From assembly GCA_949291515.1 (NCBI GenBank), contig CASEVY010000013.1, forward strand, positions 16,389 to 80,388: DNA of 64,000 bases, in the 5' to 3' direction. Numbering within the stretch: position 1 is the stretch's first letter; the number at the start of each line of letters is the position of its first letter. The notes under the pieces are model-generated. The model did not search any database. It was given only the letters and a program-made list of their open reading frames with translations, and had not been told where the DNA came from. Below are positions 19,801 through 27,101 of the stretch, piece by piece. The position numbers and the translations under genes are program-made. This DNA comes from an uncultured bacterium (GTDB lineage: Bacteria; Elusimicrobiota; Elusimicrobia; Elusimicrobiales; Elusimicrobiaceae).

Positions 19801-22800
19801 TCGCTGCCGCCATAGAGCGCGAAGGCGCGAATGTCGGAATAGTCCGAAAATTTAACGCCGGAAGATTGCGCGTGGCCGGGATTTATATTAAGCAATTTTC
19901 TGTCAAAATAACCATACAAATCCCGGGTAAACATAAAACCCATTCCGACAGTTCCGGCCAATACATAACCAGCCTTTGAAACATTGCTCAAAAGTCCTTT
20001 AACGCTTAAACTGTTTACGAAATTGCCGCCTGGCAGCGGAACCCCGCCGAAAAATTCAAATATCTTCGGATCTATTACGTTTACCGGCTGAATTTTAGGC
20101 ATAGCCGGCATAAGCGGCATACTCGCGCTCCGCGCTCCAAAGCTAAACGTTTTGCCCAAAGACAAACCTTTCTCCGCGTTTAGAGCCAATTCCGTTCCCG
20201 CCTTTAATCCCCCGCCAAAAGCACCGACTTCCGGAACCGTCGTCGCTACGTTATAATTAAATATAAGAGCAGTGCCGAATACCGTCGCCCTGTTGTTAAT
20301 AAATCTAAGGAAATCCGCCGCGGGCTTCATCTTGTGCGCGGAAAGAAAATTGTAAAACTTGTTTACAGGCGTCTTATCAGAAGCGCCGCCAAAGAGTTTA
20401 AAACCTTTCGTATAATCGGGATTGTACGGACGGTTTATTCCTAAAGCCTCGGCTATGGTTACGCCTCTCTCGGTTTCAAGAGCGGCTATCCCCAAAGTGC
20501 CGTCGCCCGAAGGCGCCCAAAAATTCTGCCACGGCTTTAATACGTTCTTATTCCACCAGCCGGCGGCTTTGTAATCGGCCCTGGCAATATTCAATCTGTT
20601 AAGACTTGAGGAAAAAACTTCACCCGCCCTTAAATATCCGCGTTCGCCCGCCGTATACAAAGGAGCCGAAGGCTTTTGTTTTAGGGCGGAACCTAAAACT
20701 TCTGTCTCTTTGGCAAGAGCGCGCCCCTCGGCGTTCAGAGGACCTTCAGCCCTCAAAGCCTCCAATTTAGACAATTTCGAATTATATATATTTACGTTTG
20801 AATTATAATCTTTAACTTTCTGCAAATATGAAGCGTTTTTGCTTTCCACAGCCGAAGCGTGCGCTCTGGCTTTTTTAATCAAATCTATCTGCGCTTGCTT
20901 AGCTTTGTATTGAGCCGTAGCCAATTTGGCTTTCGCCGTTTGCCTCTGTGTAGGATTGGAACCGGTCCTGACCGCCATTACGGCTTTCTTGCGAGCGTCG
21001 TATAAAGACGCAAGCCGCTTATTGTTAAAGTAATTTTCCAATTTTATGGCCTGACGGCTCTCGTTTGTGCCCATTGCGGCAGCGGCCGCGCCTTTTACCT
21101 GTACAGAAGAGCTCTTTATCCTCCCGCTCAAGCGCAGCATATTGTTGCGAGCGGATACATATTTGCCCAGTTTGGCGTAATTGGCTTTAATATAGGCTAT
21201 CCTCTTGGCGTTATCGGCTATTCGTCCCGCCTTTACAGCAGTATATGTGGACTTGCTCAAAGCCAAAGCCTTCCCTCCCAGTTTTGCCAGGCCAACAGTT
21301 CCCCATATAAGCAGCAATATATCGCCGGCAAAAGCGGCTCTGTCCAAATAATCAAACCCGATATTGCGCCGCTTCCTCGCATCAAGGCGGGCCTGCGTTA
21401 TTACCGCACCGTTATTAAGTTTCCCTTTTATCGCGGGATATCTGGCAAGCAGATCCCTGTCTATATCGTATTCCTGTATAGCGGTTATATCGCCCAAAGT
21501 CAAATTGGCCAATTCTGCCGCCATATTCTGCGCCGCGGCAGACGTCAAACCGGATTTCCCGCTTATCAGAGCGCCAGCCAAAAACGGTTTTATTCCGCCT
21601 TGCAATCCTTTATCGGCTCCGTATTCTTTAAGTATGGCTAAAGATTCTTTCCCGCCGTCCTGCGCCAACAAAAGCGCGATATCGGTAAACGAATTGCCGT
21701 AAAGATATTCGCCGTTGTATTGCGTAAGAGAAGACGCCCCGCCCAAAAACCTGCCGCCGGCCGTACGCACTTTTGAAGAGTAAAAAGTCAAATTCAAATA
21801 TTGGCCCCAGCCGCCGCTTTCTTTTTCTTTTGCCGTATAACGGTTAAGTATTTCCCTTAAAGAAGCATAATTGCCCGCCGCCAACAATGCCGAAAAACCG
21901 TTGCTCAGTATCTGTCCGAAGCCTGCCCCCTTTTCCGAGGCATATATAACCCTTTTTACCGCTTTGGCATAACGCCCGCCGTCTTTGCCCGATACATAAG
22001 AGCCAATAACTATGGTGTCTATGATATCACTAAGCAGGAAAGCGGCGACTTTTTTTTCTTTCTTCCCGTCGGTAATACCAAGCTCGAGCGATTTTAAATT
22101 CTGTTTTTCCAAACGCGACACCGCATAATTGTATATTTTCCCTTTTTCCGATGCGGTTATTACAGCCTTTCCGCCTATCTTAAGGTTGACAATGTAGCGC
22201 AAAACGTTTGAAGACAAATTCTCCGCACCGACGGCTTCTATATACTTGCGCAGAATTTTGTAAGCCGCCGCGTCAACTTTGCTTTTGTTTGCCGCGCGCC
22301 AGGCGATTTCCTCTTTTGCCTCTCTTTTATACTCGGCATAGTACTCTTTAAGAGGGTATGCCTCTTTCAGCTTGGCAGCCGCGGCTGCTGCCGGGCTTTT
22401 ATACGGAATGGCGCTTTGCGAAGGATTGTTCTTAACATATTCTTCAGCCGCTTCCGCTATAATAGAATTGTAAATTTTCTCATACTCTTTTAAAGGCATT
22501 ACGGAAAGGCCAATAAATTGTGCCGCCAAATAGGACAACATATCATTTTCCAAAGACTTAATATTGTTTGCTCCGGCCCTCTTCACATACATCGGGGCCA
22601 TCAATCCGTATTTTGAGGCGCCAGTTTTCCTCAAAGCGGCTATTTTTAGGCGATTTTTATTTCCTTCCAAGGCCTTTAAAATCAAGTTAGTTTCTCTGTT
22701 AAGCGAGGATTCGTAGACATTCCCGTCTTCACCCTTAAAAAACAAATCTTCCAATTTGGCGTCGAAAGCGGCGGACTGTGAGGCGTCAATTTCCCCCCAA

Positions 22801-22928
22801 GCGACACCTTTGCCCCAAGATGGCAATCCCGCTTGCGCAAAAGCCGCCGTATTACATTCGAACAGAATAGCAAAAGACAAAACTGCCGAAATAATCTTTA
22901 CGCACCAAGAAGAAACTCTCTTTTTCAT
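16842..22928 (-). CDS. Giant (2,028 aa) signal-peptide protein with a C-terminal polytopic (MFS-like) membrane domain; function unknown
   Basis: Uninterrupted 6,087-nt ORF. Signal peptide MKKRVSSWCVKIISAVLSFAILFECNTAAFAQA. An Ala/Lys-rich coiled-coil-like stretch lies around aa 600-760, and scattered hydrophobic segments follow. The last ~600 aa contain about 11-12 hydrophobic helices split by a long charged loop. Confidence 0.8.
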   Translation of the reverse strand: MKKRVSSWCVKIISAVLSFAILFECNTAAFAQAGLPSWGKGVAWGEIDASQSAAFDAKLEDLFFKGEDGNVYESSLNRETNLILKALEGNKNRLKIAALRKTGASKYGLMAPMYVKRAGANNIKSLENDMLSYLAAQFIGLSVMPLKEYEKIYNSIIAEAAEEYVKNNPSQSAIPYKSPAAAAAAKLKEAYPLKEYYAEYKREAKEEIAWRAANKSKVDAAAYKILRKYIEAVGAENLSSNVLRYIVNLKIGGKAVITASEKGKIYNYAVSRLEKQNLKSLELGITDGKKEKKVAAFLLSDIIDTIVIGSYVSGKDGGRYAKAVKRVIYASEKGAGFGQILSNGFSALLAAGNYASLREILNRYTAKEKESGGWGQYLNLTFYSSKVRTAGGRFLGGASSLTQYNGEYLYGNSFTDIALLLAQDGGKESLAILKEYGADKGLQGGIKPFLAGALISGKSGLTSAAAQNMAAELANLTLGDITAIQEYDIDRDLLARYPAIKGKLNNGAVITQARLDARKRRNIGFDYLDRAAFAGDILLLIWGTVGLAKLGGKALALSKSTYTAVKAGRIADNAKRIAYIKANYAKLGKYVSARNNMLRLSGRIKSSSVQVKGAAAAAMGTNESRQAIKLENYFNNKRLASLYDARKKAVMAVRTGSNPTQRQTAKAKLATAQYKAKQAQIDLIKKARAHASAVESKNASYLQKVKDYNSNVNIYNSKLSKLEALRAEGPLNAEGRALAKETEVLGSALKQKPSAPLYTAGERGYLRAGEVFSSSLNRLNIARADYKAAGWWNKNVLKPWQNFWAPSGDGTLGIAALETERGVTIAEALGINRPYNPDYTKGFKLFGGASDKTPVNKFYNFLSAHKMKPAADFLRFINNRATVFGTALIFNYNVATTVPEVGAFGGGLKAGTELALNAEKGLSLGKTFSFGARSASMPLMPAMPKIQPVNVIDPKIFEFFGGVPLPGGNFVNSLSVKGLLSNVSKAGYVLAGTVGMGFMFTRDLYGYFDRKLLNINPGHAQSSGVKFSDYSDIRAFALYGGSDFSLELSRKAAELGGWRFAWPKEYKDIAGRFSADKYVYEIPAIPHLASSFSTYRTGSYYAQERERRSASQQKIIEGKALSNAWDEVKANPKGKGSKVMAEIKVDGITFKILHGHAATNRKGELVVQGPELKRLRGTFSNFGLVKIIYKHSENRIKDGRKYNGEKYITKADVLSLSSILREYAPVVEEAGFPEKLTYRIKGADGQELVIVFNALRHAGEYSLVSMFYRNIEEGNASFSPKLDGGLNDYISINRKAMFVNGENIASSSEAMAAAGFRRFDATLEGKSYTVSVMNGAGRDMVLPVALSFNEDFETNGYTNIVFNNNTAELREFGKKPRTMSNFYLRLKTDNKSLLKFAQALKDAKENITIKFWQYGIEPSKTATVPLYSADGSEELPIKVITDANFLKQGGKLVLMPSGNMGVLSDKSAMPTTLGSSVVVRIPKNQRGILLKVLAQSKEVLPIEVMQNYNKADVITKEGFYINPSLGKTLGPVLPESLGVSEAFATNLMYVVNYLPGLLSPMLNPLVKKYGEVAMFKVSIVISMLAAVVPAIFGFYGYSYEMEPTLLRNISLGLALFALGFSINIRNVLGNSLINMNRGAMPISREKKKEEQNFSEALKITTDILIDKFKNLFSSSSDFSMEDILFYNRSFINKNLGTIAFLVAPSALNYAGRAFGMDFNFGWDVSLPLYAAYSAYAGYRVHRTNLRDNVIIDHIKNDVYQMAPAGDETEAAAIAAESAKQTEKKSYWQDIKEVFDIMLHKESVMSVVVGMSLATAHELSISSAFSSTLYQIIPDGDMATVMVIGVLYGSLMIGRLLGNITTTRMSSGTSYLAYSSLSGLGTAGILAGIMADLPSLIVSGGVIASIGMGNYFSQMFAYIIRKHPELQSQISQGMSFTMPIAVGLSMPITYLNDWLNVPYARVMASLAMLVASMIATNKMLDNSTLYKFIKQEFKEASDYVVGLYKDKIKGGKDKGDEPPTTDLNNPLPN

Positions 22929-22996
22929 TTGTTGTTTACCGTTTAATTCCCGTTGGCTCCGAGTCCTTTACCTTTTACTTTATTGTTTTCAAAGCC

Positions 22997-23029
22997 AAAA
23001 AAAAGGCGTCTAAATATTTTTAGGCACCT
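22997..23029 (-). terminator. Intrinsic terminator/attenuator between the leader ORF and the giant gene
   Basis: Minus-strand RNA reads GGUGCCUAAA-AAUA-UUUAGACGCC followed by U8. This is a 10-bp stem with 1 mismatch and 1 wobble, and it overlaps the leader ORF stop codon. Confidence 0.55.
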
Positions 23030-23196
23030 TTTCCGAAATCCGATTTTGTTTCTATGCGGCAACAATCCTCTCTATCGCCGTCCGCGGCACTCCCGCAGGG
23101 GAAATGCGCGCCGAATACCAAACGCTTAAAGCGGGCCCTGCTTTTGCAAGCACAGGCGCCTCCTTCGCTTCCGTTTAATAAATAATTTATAAACAT
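23020..23196 (-). CDS. Candidate 58-aa Cys-rich leader peptide (below the ORF-track cutoff)
   Basis: My translation: MFINYLLNGSEGGACACKSRARFKRLVFGAHFPCGSAADGDREDCCRIETKSDFGKGA. Weak RBS (AAGGGA). It starts ~54 nt downstream of the predicted TSS of composite promoter E and ends inside a terminator hairpin. Confidence 0.25.
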   Translation of the reverse strand: MFINYLLNGSEGGACACKSRARFKRLVFGAHFPCGSAADGDREDCCRIETKSDFGKGA

Positions 23197-23256
23197 CTTT
23201 GGTATCCCTTTTCTGAAATATACACAGTGCCGAAATGAGTATTTAGTTATATTTAA

Positions 23257-23326
23257 ATTTTATTTTTTTACGGCTTCTCCCTCAAGCCGATTTTAGGCCC
23301 ATTCTTAACTGGGTCTTAAGTCCTAC
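23257..23326 (-). promoter_or_regulatory. Composite promoter copy E (distal box + proximal box + TTGAGG-N17-TAAAAT)
   Basis: Gene orientation: AGGACTTAAGACCC-N10-GGGCCTAAAATCGGC-TTGAGG-N17-TAAAAT. The -35 is at 23280-23285 and the -10 at 23257-23262. Confidence 0.65.
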
Positions 23327-23430
23327 GGAAAGTTTTCACGCTTGTGTTTCACATATACGTTGCGTACAAAGTTATAGACATATCCTAAAGCGTGCGTAAA
23401 ACATACAAGCCTCAAGATGAGGTTATGCAT

Positions 23431-23456
23431 TAAAAAGCCCCGGTTGCCCGGGGCTT
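23431..23456 (-). terminator. Terminator of the NifU-like/GGGtGRT operon
   Basis: Minus strand reads AGCCCCGG-gcaa-CCGGGGCT followed by TTTTT. Confidence 0.75.
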
Positions 23457-23469
23457 TAAATTTGCTTCT

Positions 23470-24468
23470 TTATTTTGAGGCTTCCTCTATCGCTACCGCT
23501 ACCGCGACGCTTGCGCCTACCATCGGGTTGTTACCCATACCGATTAGGCCCATCATCTCGACGTGCGCGGGAACGGAAGAAGAGCCCGCGAACTGCGCGT
23601 CGCCGTGCATACGGCCCATGGTATCGGTCATACCGTAGGAAGCGGGACCCGCGGCCATATTGTCGGGGTGCAGCGTCCTGCCGGTGCCGCCGCCGGAAGC
23701 TACCGAGAAGTATTTTTTGCCGTGTTCGGTCGCCCATTTCTTATAGGTGCCGGCTACGGGGTGCTGGAAGCGGGTCGGGTTGGTGGAGTTGCCGGTAATG
23801 GAAACGTCCACGTCCTCGTGCCTCATTATCGCGACGCCTTCGTTGACGTCGTCGGCGCCGTAGCATTTCACCTTGGCTTTATCGCCGTCGGAGAAAGCCT
23901 TCTCGCTCACGATATTGAGTTTGCCCGTATAGTAATCGTAAGAAGTTTCGACATACGTAAACCCGTTGATGCGGGATATAATATAAGCCGCGTCTTTGCC
24001 AAGACCGTTCAAAATAACTTTAAGCGGTTCTTTTCTTACCTTATTGGCAGTTCTGGCAATACCGATTGCGCCTTCCGCCGCGGCGAAAGATTCGTGCCCC
24101 GCCAAGAAGCAGAAGCATTTGGTATTTTCGCGCAGCAGCATAGCGGCCAAATTGCCGTGGCCAAGGCCTACTTCGCGCTGATCGGCTACGGAGCCGGGTA
24201 CGCAGAAACTCTGCAAGCCTACGCCGATTTTCTCGGCCGCTTCGGCCGCGGTTTTTACACCACTCTTTATCGCTATCGCCGCGCCTACCGTATAGGCCCA
24301 GACGGCGTTTTCAAAAGCGATGGGCTGTATCCCTTTTACTATTTTTTCAACATCTATGCCCTTGTCCTCGCAAATTTTCTTGGCTTCTTCCAAGGAGGCT
24401 ATGCCGTTCTCTTTCAAGGCGGCGTTTATTTTGTCTATTCTTCTTTCATAACCTTCAAATGTAATCAT
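23470..24468 (-). CDS. GGGtGRT-family protein (conserved, function unknown)
   Basis: Contains the eponymous motif SGGGTGRTLHPDNM. About 330 aa and paired with a NifU-like gene, as is usual for this family. Confidence 0.8.
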   Translation of the reverse strand: MITFEGYERRIDKINAALKENGIASLEEAKKICEDKGIDVEKIVKGIQPIAFENAVWAYTVGAAIAIKSGVKTAAEAAEKIGVGLQSFCVPGSVADQREVGLGHGNLAAMLLRENTKCFCFLAGHESFAAAEGAIGIARTANKVRKEPLKVILNGLGKDAAYIISRINGFTYVETSYDYYTGKLNIVSEKAFSDGDKAKVKCYGADDVNEGVAIMRHEDVDVSITGNSTNPTRFQHPVAGTYKKWATEHGKKYFSVASGGGTGRTLHPDNMAAGPASYGMTDTMGRMHGDAQFAGSSSVPAHVEMMGLIGMGNNPMVGASVAVAVAIEEASK

Positions 24469-24488
24469 AGTGTTATATTCCTCCCCGG

Positions 24489-25190
24489 TTACTCTTTGCG
24501 CGGATCTATCTTCTTGACGGCTTCGTTAAAGCGCCCGTAAGAATTGATGTTCTTCTCATAGGCGGTTTTGGGATCTTCGCCTTTCTTTATGGCGTCCATC
24601 ATCTTGCCCAAGTTGACGAATTTGTATCCGATGACTTCGTTATTCTTGTCGAGGCCGATCTCAAGGACATAGCCTTCCGCCATTTCCAAGTAGCGGGGCC
24701 CTTTGGCTTCGGTGCTGTACATCGTGCCGACTTGCGAGCGCAAGCCTTTGCCCAAATCTTCCATACCGGCGCCTATCGGCAAGCCGTCGTCGGAGAACGC
24801 GCTCTGCGTTCTGCCGTATACTATCTGGAGGAATAATTCTCTCATGGCGGTATTGATTGCGTCGCATACCAAGTCCGAATTTAAAGCTTCAAGAATGGTT
24901 TTGCCCGGCAAAATTTCCGCCGCCATCGCGGCCGAGTGCGTCATACCGGAGCAGCCCAAAGTTTCCACCAAGGCTTCCTTTATTATGCCGTTCTTTACGT
25001 TTAACGTAAGTTTGCACGCGCCCTGCTGGGGTGCGCACCAACCCACACCGTGCGTAAGACCGCTGATATCCGTTATCTGTTTGGAATTGACCCATTTTCC
25101 TTCTTCAGGGATAGGGGCCGGATTATGTTTAGCGCCTTTGCATACGCTGCACATATTTTCAACGTGAGGGGTGCATTTTTCGCAGCTCAT
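24489..25190 (-). CDS. NifU/IscU-N-like Fe-S scaffold-type protein with an N-terminal Cys cluster
   Basis: The IscU-like core GCSGMTHSAAMAAEILPGKTILEA carries a Cys-rich N-terminus (CEKC...CSVC). It sits 20 nt upstream of the GGGtGRT gene. Confidence 0.75.
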   Translation of the reverse strand: MSCEKCTPHVENMCSVCKGAKHNPAPIPEEGKWVNSKQITDISGLTHGVGWCAPQQGACKLTLNVKNGIIKEALVETLGCSGMTHSAAMAAEILPGKTILEALNSDLVCDAINTAMRELFLQIVYGRTQSAFSDDGLPIGAGMEDLGKGLRSQVGTMYSTEAKGPRYLEMAEGYVLEIGLDKNNEVIGYKFVNLGKMMDAIKKGEDPKTAYEKNINSYGRFNEAVKKIDPRKE

Positions 25191-25316
25191 TGTTATCTCC
25201 GTATAAAAAATTTCTATTGCATATATATTTTACAATAATTGAAAGCCTATGTTAAACCCGCACTCCCCCAATGGCTTCCCCCAAGCAGAGCGCTTAATAA
25301 AAAACAACTTTTTCCG

Positions 25317-25766
25317 TTATTTTCTTATATTCGCCAGAACCTCTTTTAAAGAGGCGCCGGGATTATCCTTTATATATTCTAAGCACAGAGACGAAAACCC
25401 AATCTCCCGACGATGTTTGAGATTTATAAGCTCAAACTTTTTATCCCCTCTGCCTTCACGCCCGCGACTGTAAAGGATTTCCCCCTCAGATAAATAATCC
25501 TCAAGCAAAATATAAGTCATATCCGAAGGCGAAATTAAGCAATTGCCGCTTAAAAATTCATAGGCCATAGTTTCACCCACGTTTATGCGGCGTATATCCA
25601 AACTGCTATCAGCGGCGATAATATCCTTCTCAATATCCGGAGGCATAAAATAACATAATAAATATATCTTCCGCCCGATTAACTCTTTTTTAAGAGAGGA
25701 ACATTCTTCAAGAACGGAAGGCCAACTCTCCGAACTCGCTTCAAAAGCCAAATTTATTCTTTCCAT
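25317..25766 (-). CDS. Hypothetical protein (149 aa)
   Basis: ORF 7 nt downstream of the GT8 gene, so probably co-transcribed. I recognise no motif. Confidence 0.5.
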   Translation of the reverse strand: MERINLAFEASSESWPSVLEECSSLKKELIGRKIYLLCYFMPPDIEKDIIAADSSLDIRRINVGETMAYEFLSGNCLISPSDMTYILLEDYLSEGEILYSRGREGRGDKKFELINLKHRREIGFSSLCLEYIKDNPGASLKEVLANIRK

Positions 25767-25773
25767 ATTCCAC

Positions 25774-26736
25774 CTACCTGTTGCTTATTAAAGGCAAAAA
25801 ACCAAACTTACGCACTCTTTGCCAAAACTTCTTCTTCAAAAAGAAAAAATTATGCACTTTAAAATAATCCCAAAGGCAAAGCATATACAACCTTATCCCT
25901 TTGTCGTCTTGGGGGATAAGATACTGCCAAGGGCTTTCCCGCATAATAAGCCGATATTCTTCTTTATTGGGGCCGAAGTAGTTCTTTCTGAAAGCCTTGT
26001 AATGCCTTATTTTGGGCAAAAGGCAAGCGCGTTCAATATCGCCCCCTTGCGCCGGCAGGCCCGCTTTACGCCTCAAATCGGGATAGTAAAGTGTATCCAT
26101 TACGTTCCAATCCCAGGCAATAAGATATTTCCGTCCGGCGCAAACATAATTTATGGCGTCTTGGTCATTATATTTAAGACGGGCAGAGTTTTCCCGCGCA
26201 TAATCCAAAAGCCATTGCGTTACGCTATATTTGCGCCATAAGCCGCAGTTTATAAGCAAAACGCCCGAGTTGATATAATGCTTTACCCGCTCCCCCAAAT
26301 TCTTTTTGTAATATTTGGGGGCGATATTTATATCTATTACCCCGCCTACCCATTTCTCACCCAAATCGGTATTGAATAAAGCGGAAAGCGAACCCCGCAC
26401 CAAAATATCGCAGTCAAGATATATGATTTTATCGCAAGGTACTTTCTCGCCGATAAGCAAACGGGCATAGGCCGTAGGCGTCAGCCCCTTTTGGGTAACG
26501 GCGCAGCCTTTAAAATCGGAAGGTTGTACGGAAATCCAAAAAAGATCAAAAGCTCTGAAAGTTTTAAGGCTTTCTATTTCGCTTTTTCTCTTATCGCCGA
26601 TCTGATTTTCCAGAATATAAAAAGCGAGTTTATCCTCTTTGGCGGCGTTTTTAAGAACGGAAAGTATCGCAACGCCCATATAAGCCGCGTAATTATCGTC
26701 CGCGGCCAAAGCTATATTGATGGTATTTCCAGACAT
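25774..26736 (-). CDS. Glycosyltransferase family 8 (LPS/glycan alpha-hexosyltransferase-like)
   Basis: NIALAADDNYAAYMGVAILS and the DxD motif YLDCDILV. I prefer the start at 26736 (AGGAGAG RBS) over the ORF-track start at 26778. Confidence 0.8.
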   Translation of the reverse strand: MSGNTINIALAADDNYAAYMGVAILSVLKNAAKEDKLAFYILENQIGDKRKSEIESLKTFRAFDLFWISVQPSDFKGCAVTQKGLTPTAYARLLIGEKVPCDKIIYLDCDILVRGSLSALFNTDLGEKWVGGVIDINIAPKYYKKNLGERVKHYINSGVLLINCGLWRKYSVTQWLLDYARENSARLKYNDQDAINYVCAGRKYLIAWDWNVMDTLYYPDLRRKAGLPAQGGDIERACLLPKIRHYKAFRKNYFGPNKEEYRLIMRESPWQYLIPQDDKGIRLYMLCLWDYFKVHNFFFLKKKFWQRVRKFGFLPLISNR

Positions 26737-26816
26737 TTGCTCTCCTAGGAGGGCACGGAAAAACCAAGAGTATATCAACGCGGCTTAAACTAAAAAAGGC
26801 GAACAGTTAGTTTGAG

Positions 26817-26943
26817 CCACGCTAATAACCCATATAACCGTCGCCCCCCTGTTTTAGTTAAAAAACAGGGAAAAGCAAACGATTATTTTCTGGTTTAGCG
26901 TGTGCCGAATTTTATTCGGCTCAGCATACCCGTTCGGTATGCT
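26817..26943. other. Compact multi-hairpin intergenic element (candidate structured RNA or leader)
   Basis: An outer stem CACGCTAA (26818-25)/TTAGCGTG (26895-902) encloses CCCTGTTTT/AAAACAGGG (26847-70). It is followed by GCCGAA/TTCGGC (26904-20) and AGCATACC/GGTATGCT (26923-43). Confidence 0.35.
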
Positions 26944-27040
26944 CCCATAAAATAATCTCAAATTTTACTTCTTGAAATATTATATGTTATTATACCGTCT
27001 TAGCCAAATTTATTTCCCCCAAAATAAAATCTTTTCCCCC

Positions 27041-27080
27041 AAACAAAAACGGGCAAGCATAAAAAATGCTTCCCCGTTTG
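27041..27080 (-). terminator. Terminator of dxs
   Basis: Minus strand reads AAACGGGGAAGCAT-TTTTT-ATGCTTGCCCGTTT followed by TTGTTT. Confidence 0.75.
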
Positions 27081-27101
27081 CCAAAACGCCAAAATACGAC
27101 C

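Noticed and set aside
23563-24540. 325-aa plus-strand ORF (and several 60-110-aa ORFs) overlapping the GGGtGRT gene
   Set aside because: It runs antisense to a gene with a strongly recognisable conserved product. Its translation is low-complexity (R/G/A/F-rich), there is no RBS, and it is a typical shadow ORF in a GC-rich coding region.
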